Shown here: piece after piece, positions 9,933-17,966 of the stretch | Layout: each line of letters opens with the position of its first letter | How positions within the stretch are numbered: position 1 is the stretch's first letter | Program-made: the position numbers and the translations under genes | Source of the DNA: an uncultured Chloroflexia bacterium | Lineage (GTDB): Bacteria > Chloroflexota > Dehalococcoidia > Dehalococcoidales > RBG-16-60-22 | Direction of reading: 5' to 3' | Length of the DNA: 64,000 nt | NCBI GenBank assembly: GCA_963739515.1 | Contig: CAVUAO010000003.1 | Span: forward strand, 393,891-457,890 | Notes under the pieces: generated by a model | What the model saw: the letters and a program-made list of their open reading frames with translations, nothing else | Told to the model about the DNA's origin: nothing | Databases searched by the model: none

Positions 9933-11129
9933 ATGTCGCTGGATTTGACTAAAGTTGCCGGGCAGGTTATCGCTATGATCGCGGGTCTGAAGGACGGTCG
10001 CGCCGAAAGGGAAAGACGCCTGCGCTTCGCGCTGGATACCCTGGGCGATGAAGTCATCGACCTCGCTGCCCTGAAAAAGAAAATAAAAGAAGGCAAAACG
10101 ACCTGGCTCGTGGCGGATATCGTCGAGGGAATCGATAAACGCTATCCTTTGCCCCCCGCCCCGGCCGATTTTACCGTCCTGGCTACGGACGGCTCGCACA
10201 TCGATGTCGACCGGCATCACAACACCCGCTGCTACCTGATAAACATCGGGTCGGTGGTTATCCGCTACGGTAGCCGTCCCGATGCCGTGCTTTCGAGCGC
10301 CCCCCGCCTCTACTCCGACGATAAGGACCTGGCTGTGATGCCCCCGGGCGGCGGCCGCGAGCAGCCGGTGGAAGGCGCTATCTTGGGTGCCAAGCGCTCC
10401 GTTGAGGAGTGTCAACACCTGGCCGCTCTGGCCGCGGACCTGCCTTCGGGCAGCGAGTCGCTGGCCATCCTGGACGGCACGCTCATCCTCTGGGGACTGG
10501 AAGCCTACCCCGACTTCGTTACTGACTCGCTGCTGCACGATGGTTTGCTGAAATGCCTCGACGCCATGAAAAAGCTCAATCAAGACCGCCGCCTCGCCCT
10601 GGCGAGCTATATCAGCTTCCCCCGCTCCACGGATGTCGTTAACGTGCTGCGGGTGGCTGTCTGCCCCAATGATGTCCCCGACTGCGATAAGCAGTGTCCG
10701 CCGGAGAAAGGGCGGGACTGTGATAGTTTAGCGGGCGTGCGCGACCGCGACCTCTTTATGGAACTACTAAAAAGAGGCGAAAGGTCGGCGCTGTTTATCA
10801 GCCCCTCGAAAATCGTTAGAGAGCACTATGGTGCGCACCGCGTTTATTTCTTTTATCTGCGCGTCGCTGATGAAATCGCCCGCGTCGAAGTGCCGCAGTG
10901 GGTGGCGGAAAATAAAGCGCTGCTGGACTTGGCCCACGCCCTCGTCTATGACCAGTCCCGGCGCGGCGGCGGCTACCCGGTCGTCCTTTCCGAAGCCCAT
11001 GAACAGGCGGTCGTTACCGGCGCGGATAGAGAAAATTTCTGGGAACTGGTAGAATCAACACTGATAGAGGACCATCTGCCCGGCCCGTCCTCCGGCAAAA
11101 GCGCCAGTAAAAGGACAAGGTGGGTATGA
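9933..11129 (+). CDS. nurA: NurA-domain nuclease
   Basis: 398 aa with a NurA-like pattern (..FTVLATDGSHIDVDRHH.., ..LAILDGTLILWGLE..). It also has a Cys-rich insert, CPNDVPDCDKQCPPEKGRDC. herA lies co-directional downstream. Confidence 0.65.
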   Translation: MSLDLTKVAGQVIAMIAGLKDGRAERERRLRFALDTLGDEVIDLAALKKKIKEGKTTWLVADIVEGIDKRYPLPPAPADFTVLATDGSHIDVDRHHNTRCYLINIGSVVIRYGSRPDAVLSSAPRLYSDDKDLAVMPPGGGREQPVEGAILGAKRSVEECQHLAALAADLPSGSESLAILDGTLILWGLEAYPDFVTDSLLHDGLLKCLDAMKKLNQDRRLALASYISFPRSTDVVNVLRVAVCPNDVPDCDKQCPPEKGRDCDSLAGVRDRDLFMELLKRGERSALFISPSKIVREHYGAHRVYFFYLRVADEIARVEVPQWVAENKALLDLAHALVYDQSRRGGGYPVVLSEAHEQAVVTGADRENFWELVESTLIEDHLPGPSSGKSASKRTRWV

Positions 11130-11140
11130 AGGCGAAACTC

Positions 11141-11248
11141 TAAATTCTAATATCTAAACTCTAAACGAATTAAGATTACCGCGTGTTTTATGTTTAAAAT
11201 TTAATATTTTGATATTGTTTAGGATTTAGTGCTTAGTATTTAGTGCTT
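11141..11248 (+). repeat. AT-rich ~110-bp promoter-like cassette, copy A (paired with 33002-33120)
   Basis: Shares TAAATTCTAA.., ..CTAAAC-AATT-A-ATTACC.. and ..AATTTTGATATTGTT(T/C)AGGATTTAG(T/C)GCTTAG(T/A)ATT.. with copy B. It contains TTGATA (11209-11214), a 19-nt spacer, then TAGTAT (11234-11239). Confidence 0.7.
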
Positions 11249-11267
11249 GGCATGCAGGGGGGCTGAT

Positions 11268-12185
11268 ATGAAAAAACTTCTTTTGGCGGCGGTCATTGTC
11301 CTGGCGCTGGGGCTGGCGGCTTCCATCTATTTTTGTTTTACTCTCTCTCAGGATAAAAACGATTTAACTGCCGAATTGAATTCGGTTAAAACCGACCTCG
11401 CGTCGGTTCAGGCGGAACTAGCTGGCAAAAACGACGCGCTGGCGGCATCGCTGACTGAGCTCGATGCCACCAAGGCTACCCTTACTTCCACGACTTCGGA
11501 ACTCAGCACCACTAAAGACACGCTCGTCTCTACGCAGTCGGACCTTACCGCCGCCAATCGGCGACTTGAGACAACTCAAACCGAGCTTAACTCGGCTAAT
11601 AACCAGCTGACTTCCTCGCAGGCATCCCTGACCACCCTGCAAGATTCGGTCTCCGGTTTGCAGCACCAGCTGGACATTTCCCGGGAAACTCTCGACGGCC
11701 TGGGAATTACGGTTTCTTTGAGCCGTGAGTGCCGCGATGTGGCGCTGGTGGATAATGCGACGGCTCAAAATCCGACCTGGAACGAGCTGATGTCCTTCCT
11801 CGCTAACGACTCTACGGAGGACCATGAGTATATCGCCGATGTTTATGACTGCTCGCAGTTCTCCCGGGACCTCCATAATCGTGCCGAAGCGGCGGGCATC
11901 CGCGCGGCTGAGGTGCAGGTGAGGTTCAAAGGCGACAGGGCCGGTCACGCCCTCGACGCTTTCATCACGACCGATTTCGGGCTGGTATACGTCGACTGCA
12001 CTACCCCACCCGATACCTGCGCCCGCGTCGTACTCGATAAAGAATACCGTGCGGTAAATAAGGAGCGTTTAGCGGGCCAATACGCCCGGGACGAATTGTG
12101 GTGGGACTCGTTATGGTCATACTATTATTTGAAGTCGGACTCCGGCGGACATGCCGTCGTATCGAGTATTAGGATATACTGGTAA
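11268..12185 (+). CDS. Membrane-anchored coiled-coil protein with C-terminal Cys-His-Asp (transglutaminase/papain-like) domain
   Basis: The ATG at 11268 gives MKKLLLAAVIVLALGLAASIYFCF (TM anchor). About 130 aa of T/S/L/Q-rich coiled coil follow (..TELNSANNQLTSSQASLTTLQ..). The C-terminal domain carries ..VYDCSQFSRDL.., ..AGHALDAF.. and ..VYVDCT. The track start 11247 is TTG. Confidence 0.5.
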   Translation: MKKLLLAAVIVLALGLAASIYFCFTLSQDKNDLTAELNSVKTDLASVQAELAGKNDALAASLTELDATKATLTSTTSELSTTKDTLVSTQSDLTAANRRLETTQTELNSANNQLTSSQASLTTLQDSVSGLQHQLDISRETLDGLGITVSLSRECRDVALVDNATAQNPTWNELMSFLANDSTEDHEYIADVYDCSQFSRDLHNRAEAAGIRAAEVQVRFKGDRAGHALDAFITTDFGLVYVDCTTPPDTCARVVLDKEYRAVNKERLAGQYARDELWWDSLWSYYYLKSDSGGHAVVSSIRIYW

Positions 12186-12222
12186 TACTATAGCCATATT
12201 TTATTAACAGGAGGTTTTAACC

Positions 12223-12300
12223 ATGGGCAGCAAAGGCAGAAAGAACGTCAAGAAACCCAAGGGCGGCGCTAAAAAAGGCGCTGATACTAAGAAGAAATAA
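12223..12300 (+). CDS. Candidate 25-aa Lys-rich micro-protein
   Basis: ATG 12223 is preceded by AGGAGG (12209-12214, 8-nt spacing). It translates to MGSKGRKNVKKPKGGAKKGADTKKK*. It is below the ORF-track size cut-off. Confidence 0.4.
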   Translation: MGSKGRKNVKKPKGGAKKGADTKKK

Positions 12301-12332
12301 ATAGCGGCATCAGCCAGGCAATCTCCTCTCAT

Positions 12333-12447
12333 TTCCCCCTTCCCCTGCGAGGGGAAGGGGGATTAAGGGGGATGGAGTCTCTAATGCTCTCTTCCCCCTC
12401 TCCTTCACCCTGCCTCCGAAGGAGAGGGGAAAACAGGGGGTGAGGTT
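12333..12447 (+). repeat. GC-rich hairpin repeat cluster (modules 2 and 1, partial)
   Basis: CCCCCTTCCCCTGCGAGGGGAAGGGGGATTAAGGGGGATGG is followed by CCCCCTCTCCTTCACCCTGCCTCCGAAGGAGAGGGG and then ..CAGGGGGTGAGGT. Confidence 0.8.
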
Positions 12448-13042
12448 TATAATTAGCTCAATATCACCAAAAATCGCTGAGGTTATCGAGGCCGGCACCA
12501 CTCAGTTCACCGCCCAGTGCTACGAGCTTTATCCTTCTAAAGAAGGGCCGCCCCTCGGCAGCCTGGTCAGGACCGGCGCTATTTACGGCATCGTCGCCCA
12601 CGCGGAGACCGCCGGCATCGAGCCGGGACGCCGTCCCATCGCCCGCGGCCGGGAAGAAGCCTCGGAGGAGGCCGTCTTCGCGTCCAGCCCTCAGCTTTCC
12701 AAGCTTTTGCGCAGCGATTTTACCGCGGCGGTCGTGGGTTTTCGGGACGACGCTAAAATTCTCCAGTACCTCCCTCCGCAGCCCGCCCGCATCCACGGCT
12801 TCGTGTACTTATGTCAACCAGATGAGGTCAAAGAATTTAGCCAAAACCTCGACTTTTTAAGTATTTTAATTAACGCCGCCCTCCCTATCCCTGCCGAGGA
12901 GCTTATCGGCGCGGTTTTACGCCAGATGGGCCTCGCTCAGGACGACCCGCGTGCTTTCCTGGTGGCGGCGGGCAAAGCGCTGGCCAATATCTTGAGCAAT
13001 GATTTTCTCCGACTTAAAAATATCCTGGGGAGGCTGCAATAA
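12440..13042 (+). CDS. Hypothetical protein, possibly HAS-barrel-like (HerA N-terminal-like) domain
   Basis: 200 aa. The GTG start lies inside the repeat tail. The N-terminal pattern ..IAEVIEAGTTQFTAQCYEL..GSLVRTGAIYGIVAHAET.. resembles the barrel at the HerA N-terminus (..GIVTTASLEKGVDVRL..GRYVTIEG..FFGMITDV). This is pattern recognition only. Confidence 0.4.
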   Translation: MRFIISSISPKIAEVIEAGTTQFTAQCYELYPSKEGPPLGSLVRTGAIYGIVAHAETAGIEPGRRPIARGREEASEEAVFASSPQLSKLLRSDFTAAVVGFRDDAKILQYLPPQPARIHGFVYLCQPDEVKEFSQNLDFLSILINAALPIPAEELIGAVLRQMGLAQDDPRAFLVAAGKALANILSNDFLRLKNILGRLQ

Positions 13043-13134
13043 AGACCTCCTTAAAGTGACAAAACCCTGTTGCGCCATGAGCCGTTTAAGTGCATTATAT
13101 AGTTGATTATTATTAGTAAAAATGATTAGAGTTT

Positions 13135-13312
13135 GGCCGACTTACCATAAATCGAAAAACGAATACTCCGGATTCGAAGCTGGACTTAACATAAATTAAA
13201 AAACGAATAACCGCGATTTTGAAGCTAACTTAACATATAACGAATAACGAATATAGCTACAAAATTTGAATAATTAGCTTCAAAACTAAAAAATTTTAAA
13301 AAACGAATCATT
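13135..13312 (-). repeat. AT-rich element made of ~45-bp units (family 'ATTCGTTTTT..AGCTTCA'), 4 units, reverse orientation
   Basis: The reverse complement reads GATTCGTTTTTTAAAATTTTTTAG.., ATTCGTTATTCGTTATATGTTAAGTTAGCTTCA.., GTTATTCGTTTTTTAATTTATGTTAAGTCCAGCTTCG.. and TATTCGTTTTTCGATTTATGGTAAGTCGGCC. The architecture matches 25549-25767 and 61676-61801. Confidence 0.8.
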
Positions 13313-13332
13313 TTTTGCTTGGGAATTAACCG

Positions 13333-14949
13333 ATGAAACCTGAAAATAGCCAGAAGCTCGGCATCGTCACCACCGCCTCGCTGGAAAAGGGCGTGGACGT
13401 CCGCCTGGACGCCCCCGTCTCGGTGGAGGACATGGTGGTCGGCCGCTACGTCACCATCGAAGGGCAGAAGCGCCGCTTCTTCGGCATGATTACCGATGTC
13501 AGCCTGAAGTTCACCGACGACCGCCTCTCCGTTTCCCCACCCGATGTCGCCGACCCCTTTATCGCCGAGGTCCTGGCCGGCACCAGCACCTTCGGCACGA
13601 TACATGTCAGCCCTCAGCTGACCATCGGCGGGGACGCCGCCTCCCTGCTGGAAGGTCCCCAGCCCGTCAAGACTATCCCCGCCCACTTCTCCACGGTCAA
13701 CCTGGCTTCGGAGCAGGACATCGAAAGCGTTTTCGGGAAAGAGGACGAGGAAAGGTTCCATATCGGCAACCCGCTGGACATGGAGATGAAGCTCTGCCTG
13801 AACCTGGAGGAGTTCGCCAAGCGCTCCAACGGCATCTTCGGCAAGAGCGGCACCGGCAAGACCTTCCTCACCCGCATCCTGCTCATCGGTATGCTGCAAA
13901 AAAGCAAAGCCGTCAACCTGATTTTCGATATGCATAACGAGTACGGCTGGCAGGGCACCAGCGAGAAAGGCCCGCCCGTCAAGGGACTCAAACAGCTGTT
14001 CCCGTCTAAGGTAGCCGTCTTTACCCTCGACGAAGAGAACTCGCGGCGCCGCGGCGTCAGCACCGACTTCGTCGTGAAAATCGGCTATGATGAAATCGAG
14101 CCGGAGGATATCGTGCTGCTGCGGCAGACCCTGAATCTTACCGACCTTGCCGTCGAAGCGAGCTATCAACTGCGCCGCCGCTTCGGCAAGACCTGGATAC
14201 AAAACACCATCGACACGGAAGACCCCGATGACGTTAAGCAGCTTCTGGAGGAAACGAAAATCCACGAGAGTACTTTACAGAGTCTCAAGCGCGGCCTGGC
14301 GACTATCCGCCGCCTGCCCTTTATCGAGCCGCATGCCCCGCTGGATGCCGTGAAAAATATCCTGGCTCACCTCGATGCCGGCACCAATGTCGTGCTGGAG
14401 TTCGGGCGTTACCGCGATATCACCGCCTATATCCTGGTCGCCAACATGCTCGCCCGCCGTATCTATAGCCAGTACCAGTCCCGCACGGAAAAGGCCATGG
14501 CGGAAGGCGTTGCCCCGCCCCATCCGCTGGTCATCACCATCGAGGAAGCCCACAAGTTCCTCAACCCCGAGGTCTCGGGACAGACCATTTTCGGCACCAT
14601 CGCCCGCGAGATGCGCAAGTACAATGTTTCGCTCCTCGTCATCGACCAGCGTCCCAGCGGCATCGATACCGAGGTGATGTCCCAGATGGGTACTAAAATT
14701 ACCTGCCTGCTCGATAACGAGCGGGATATCGATAGCGTGCTGGCGGGCGTCTCCGGCAAAAACGAGCTCAAAGCGGTATTGTCCCGACTCGCCCCCCGGC
14801 AGCAGGCGCTCATCTTCGGCCACGCTGTCCCCATGCCGGTGGCCTTCCAGCCGGTCGCTTATGACACCAAGTTCTACTCCAGCTTGACCCCCGGCGATAA
14901 AAAATCGCAAAAACAGACTGATACAGACATCGAAAAGCTCTGGGAGTAA
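13333..14949 (+). CDS. herA: HerA-family (DUF87/FtsK-like) ATPase
   Basis: 538 aa. N-terminal barrel-like region, Walker A GKSGTGKTF, ..ITIEEAHKFL.. motif, and Walker B-like SLLVIDQRPS. Confidence 0.75.
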   Translation: MKPENSQKLGIVTTASLEKGVDVRLDAPVSVEDMVVGRYVTIEGQKRRFFGMITDVSLKFTDDRLSVSPPDVADPFIAEVLAGTSTFGTIHVSPQLTIGGDAASLLEGPQPVKTIPAHFSTVNLASEQDIESVFGKEDEERFHIGNPLDMEMKLCLNLEEFAKRSNGIFGKSGTGKTFLTRILLIGMLQKSKAVNLIFDMHNEYGWQGTSEKGPPVKGLKQLFPSKVAVFTLDEENSRRRGVSTDFVVKIGYDEIEPEDIVLLRQTLNLTDLAVEASYQLRRRFGKTWIQNTIDTEDPDDVKQLLEETKIHESTLQSLKRGLATIRRLPFIEPHAPLDAVKNILAHLDAGTNVVLEFGRYRDITAYILVANMLARRIYSQYQSRTEKAMAEGVAPPHPLVITIEEAHKFLNPEVSGQTIFGTIAREMRKYNVSLLVIDQRPSGIDTEVMSQMGTKITCLLDNERDIDSVLAGVSGKNELKAVLSRLAPRQQALIFGHAVPMPVAFQPVAYDTKFYSSLTPGDKKSQKQTDTDIEKLWE

Positions 14950-14986
14950 AGGGGAGGCTGGAGATCTAGGAACCTAGGGGAAAAAT

Positions 14987-15604
14987 GTGAAAAAGCAATT
15001 TGGTTTTTTGTTTCTAGCAATTATCGCCGCAATTTTTCTTTATGGCTGTCATTATTCAAAAAACACTATTAATATTAGCGATAACAATAATTCTTCATTA
15101 CCTGCTGACTGGAAAAATGCTCCTTGGATTGAAATTGATAACCGTTTTGATACTTCGGTTTTATCGAGAGCCCAGGAACAGATTCCATTTCCTATCATAT
15201 TACCCAATTACCATCCTGAAAATGGTCAAGTAATATCTTTACCTTATATAGAGGGCCCTCTTAAGCAATTCCAAGAGGAAAACCATGTTGAAATTATTAT
15301 CAGATTTAGTATCATTCTTAGTTCTACTTCAAGTGTTGGTATTATGATTAGTGAAAGCAACTATGCTTCATCGTTGGGTGAACCAGAGCTAAATCCTGAA
15401 TTAGAGAAAATTGAAATCGTAGGTATGCCGGTAATAAAGACCAGAGATGATTGGTCTATTTCTGATGTTTATTATAGCTTTGACTCGAGAAATACTTATT
15501 ATAATCTTGAAGCACATTTTCTACCAAATAAGGAGTCTGTTAAAATAACGGTCTTTAAAATAGTCGAATCTATGATTATACAAATAAACGCACCAGCCCA
15601 GTAA
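14987..15604 (+). CDS. Hypothetical lipoprotein on an AT-rich islet
   Basis: GTG start. Signal peptide MKKQFGFLFLAIIAAIFLYGC with a lipobox-like LYGC. The gene is visibly AT-rich relative to its flanks. Confidence 0.6.
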   Translation: MKKQFGFLFLAIIAAIFLYGCHYSKNTINISDNNNSSLPADWKNAPWIEIDNRFDTSVLSRAQEQIPFPIILPNYHPENGQVISLPYIEGPLKQFQEENHVEIIIRFSIILSSTSSVGIMISESNYASSLGEPELNPELEKIEIVGMPVIKTRDDWSISDVYYSFDSRNTYYNLEAHFLPNKESVKITVFKIVESMIIQINAPAQ

Positions 15605-15618
15605 CTCCATAGGATATC

Positions 15619-15749
15619 CGAGAGGGGCTTCGCCCCTCTTAAACGCCCCCGTTTTCTTAAGGGAGTATCCTGCCAAGAGGGGTGCCAGCCCCTCTTTAAT
15701 TAAACTCCCCTTCCCTTAAACCGAAGGGAAGGGGATACAGGGGATAGGT
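15619..15749 (+). repeat. GC-rich hairpin repeat cluster (hairpin A x2 plus module 2)
   Basis: AGAGGGGCTTCGCCCCTCT, AAGAGGGGTGCCAGCCCCTCTT and CCCCTTCCCTTAAACCGAAGGGAAGGGGATACAGGGGATAGGT. The cluster lies between convergent genes. Confidence 0.8.
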
Positions 15750-15762
15750 CCCAGCTAAAAAA

Positions 15763-16008
15763 CTATCTCAGTTCTGCCAGTTTCTTTTCCAGCTCTTTGT
15801 TTCCCGGCTCTACCAGGATTGACCCGTCCGGGAAAACGATCGTCGGTACGCTCTGATACTCCTTATTAATTTTTCGGACGTATTCCAGCGCTGTTTCATC
15901 GCTCTCAATATCTATCCAGGTGTAAGGCACTTTCATCCGCTCGAAAACCTGCTTCGCCCGTACACAGTCGGGGCACCACTTGGTGCCGTATACTTTGATT
16001 TCTGCCAT
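15763..16008 (-). CDS. Glutaredoxin-like / NrdH-like small redoxin
   Basis: 81 aa, MAEIKVYGTKWCPDCVRAK.. with a CxxC active site in a thioredoxin-fold context. Confidence 0.7.
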   Translation of the reverse strand: MAEIKVYGTKWCPDCVRAKQVFERMKVPYTWIDIESDETALEYVRKINKEYQSVPTIVFPDGSILVEPGNKELEKKLAELR

Positions 16009-16023
16009 AGTATTAATATTATA

Positions 16024-17218
16024 TCAGAGATTTTTAACCGCTTTCTCTATCCGTCCTAAAGCCTCCCGGAGAAGCGAGCGCGGGCAGGCGATGTTCATCC
16101 TCTGGAAACCGCTGCCTCCCAGGCCGAACATGAAACCGTCGTCAAAGCCCACCCGGGCTTTCTCCCGCATGAAATTTTGCAACTCTTTATCATCCAGCCC
16201 GAGACCGCGGCAGTCCAGCCAGAGCAGGTAGGTGCCCTGCGGCTTAATGACCTTGATGCACGGGATGCGTTCTTGAAACCAATCCATGGTGATTTCCAGA
16301 TTGCCCTGGAGATACTCTAAGAGCTGTGCGAGCCACTCGTCACCGTGGCGGTAGGCCGCCTCCATGGCCGTCAGGCCGAAGATGTTCAGACCGGGTACCA
16401 GGCCGACCCGGGCATCGTTAAATATATCGCGGAGCTTCTTGTTGGGTATGATGATGGACGATGCCTCCAGTCCCGGCAAATTAAAAGTCTTGCTGGGCGC
16501 CATGCAGACGATGCTCCTCTCCGCGAACTCTTCGGATATTGAGGCGAACGGCGTATGACGGTAACCCCTATAGAGCAACTCGCAATGGATTTCATCGGAA
16601 ATGACGACCGCCCACTGACCGATAACGATTTCCCCCATTCGCGTTAGCTCCTCCCGACTCCACACCCGCCCGATGGGGTTCTGGGGATTACACAGGATGA
16701 TAGCTTTAACGCGACTATGGTCCATCCGCCTGCCTTCTGGTTTGAATCTCGCCTCGAGGTCGGCGTAGTCCATGTTATAGCGACCGCGTGCCAGCTTGAG
16801 CCGGTTATGGACGATCTGGCAGCCGCTGCCCGTCACCACCTCGAAAAAGGGAAAGTAGACCGGCTCCTGTAAGTATGATTTCATCGCCGGGGTGCGTTAA
16901 TGCCCTTACGGCGATATTTAAAGCGGGGATGATGCCGGGGGTAAAGACCACCCATTCCGGCTCTATCTTCCAGTCGAACCTGCGCTTCATCCGGTCGACC
17001 ACCGCTTCGGTCAGTCCCGGACCCGGCATGGTATAGCCGTAGAAAGGATGGGCGGCGCGTTTTTCCAGCGCCTCGGTAATCGCCGGCGCCGTCGGGAAGT
17101 CCATGTCCGCCACCCACATTGGTATTACGTCTTCCCTCCCGAAGATTGCCTTAACGGCGCCCCACTTGGCGCAATCGGTATTGCGGCGGTCGCAAACCGT
17201 ATCGAAATCGAACTTCAT
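16024..17218 (-). pseudogene. PatB/MalY-type PLP-dependent C-S lyase (class I/II aminotransferase); 1-nt insertion near 16868-16873
   Basis: Track ORFs 16805-17218 and 16024-16884 join as ..LTHPGDEIIL|QEPVYFPFFEVVTGSGCQIV.. when one A is removed. ..MAPSKTFNLPG.. contains the PLP lysine motif. Confidence 0.8.
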
Positions 17219-17273
17219 GCCGCACCTCCGTCCTTAAACTATTTTACACACGAAGCCTGATTTTTTACAAAGT

Positions 17274-17303
17274 TTGTCTTATCTTTCTGCCGCAGGTTAT
17301 AAT
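17274..17303 (+). promoter_or_regulatory. Sigma70-like promoter upstream of plsC
   Basis: TTGTCT (17274-17279), 18-nt spacer, TATAAT (17298-17303). The ATG at 17313 is only ~10 nt downstream, implying a very short leader or leaderless mRNA. Confidence 0.4.
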
Positions 17304-17312
17304 TACTATCAA

Positions 17313-17966
17313 ATGCACTGGGTCTATTACTTCGGCAGGGTAGTTATCAGGATACTCGTTTTTCCCTTCGCGTGGTGGCGAGTAAAAAGTCGGGAAAACA
17401 TTACCTCGCCGGGACCCTTCCTCATCGTTTGCAACCACCTGCATATCGCCGACCCCCCCATCATCGCCGCTAGCCTCCCCCTCAAGTGCGTCTTCATGGC
17501 TAAAGAAGATCTCTGGCATAACCAGTGGTCGCGTTTCTGGGTGGCAAACTTCGGCGCTTTCCCGGTGAGGCGGGGCATCGCGGATATGGAGGCCGTCCGA
17601 CGGGCCCAAAAATGGGTGAAAAAAGGCGTTTCCGTCATTATGTTCCCGGAAGGCGGCCGGAGCCAAAACGCCCGCCTCCAGACGGCTTTCCCCGGCGCTG
17701 CCCTGATAGCGCGCCATGCGGGAGTGCCCATACTCCCGGTGAGCATTACCGGCACGGAAAAGCTTCGCCATCTAACGTGGTGCTTCTTCCATCACCCTGA
17801 TATAACGGTTACCTTCGGCAGACCCTTCAGCCTTCCGCCCCATAATGGCAGGGTGACCAAGGAACAACGTCAGGAGATAATAAGTGCTATTATGCTGAAA
17901 ATCGCTGCCCTGCTTCCCACCGAATATCGAGGAGTTTATGACACGGAAAAAACCGCCGGTAATTGA
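17313..17966 (+). CDS. plsC: 1-acyl-sn-glycerol-3-phosphate acyltransferase
   Basis: NHLHIADPP (NHxxxxD) and FPEGGRS (FPEGTR-like) acyltransferase motifs. The track ORF starts at 17274; I favour ATG 17313 because of the promoter position. Confidence 0.8.
   Translation: MHWVYYFGRVVIRILVFPFAWWRVKSRENITSPGPFLIVCNHLHIADPPIIAASLPLKCVFMAKEDLWHNQWSRFWVANFGAFPVRRGIADMEAVRRAQKWVKKGVSVIMFPEGGRSQNARLQTAFPGAALIARHAGVPILPVSITGTEKLRHLTWCFFHHPDITVTFGRPFSLPPHNGRVTKEQRQEIISAIMLKIAALLPTEYRGVYDTEKTAGN

Noticed and set aside
13150-13175. tRNA-like T-arm string (GCTTCGAATCCGG on the reverse strand).
   Set aside because: It is part of one unit of the AT-rich repeat. No acceptor, D or anticodon arms can be folded around it. 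I found no convincing tRNA anywhere in the window.
13225-14265. Long antisense ORFs opposite real genes. Examples are 13225-14265 (-), 7126-7881 (-), 37679-38572 (+), 38449-39303 (+), 40486-41586 (+), 45087-46595 (+), 56733-57770 (+) and 9927-10583 (-).
   Set aside because: They lie opposite ORFs with clear family motifs (HerA, EtfA, ABC transporter, PurQ/PurL, catalase, NrdJ, NurA). Their translations are Arg/Gly/Ala/Pro-rich with no motifs, as expected for shadow ORFs in high-GC DNA.
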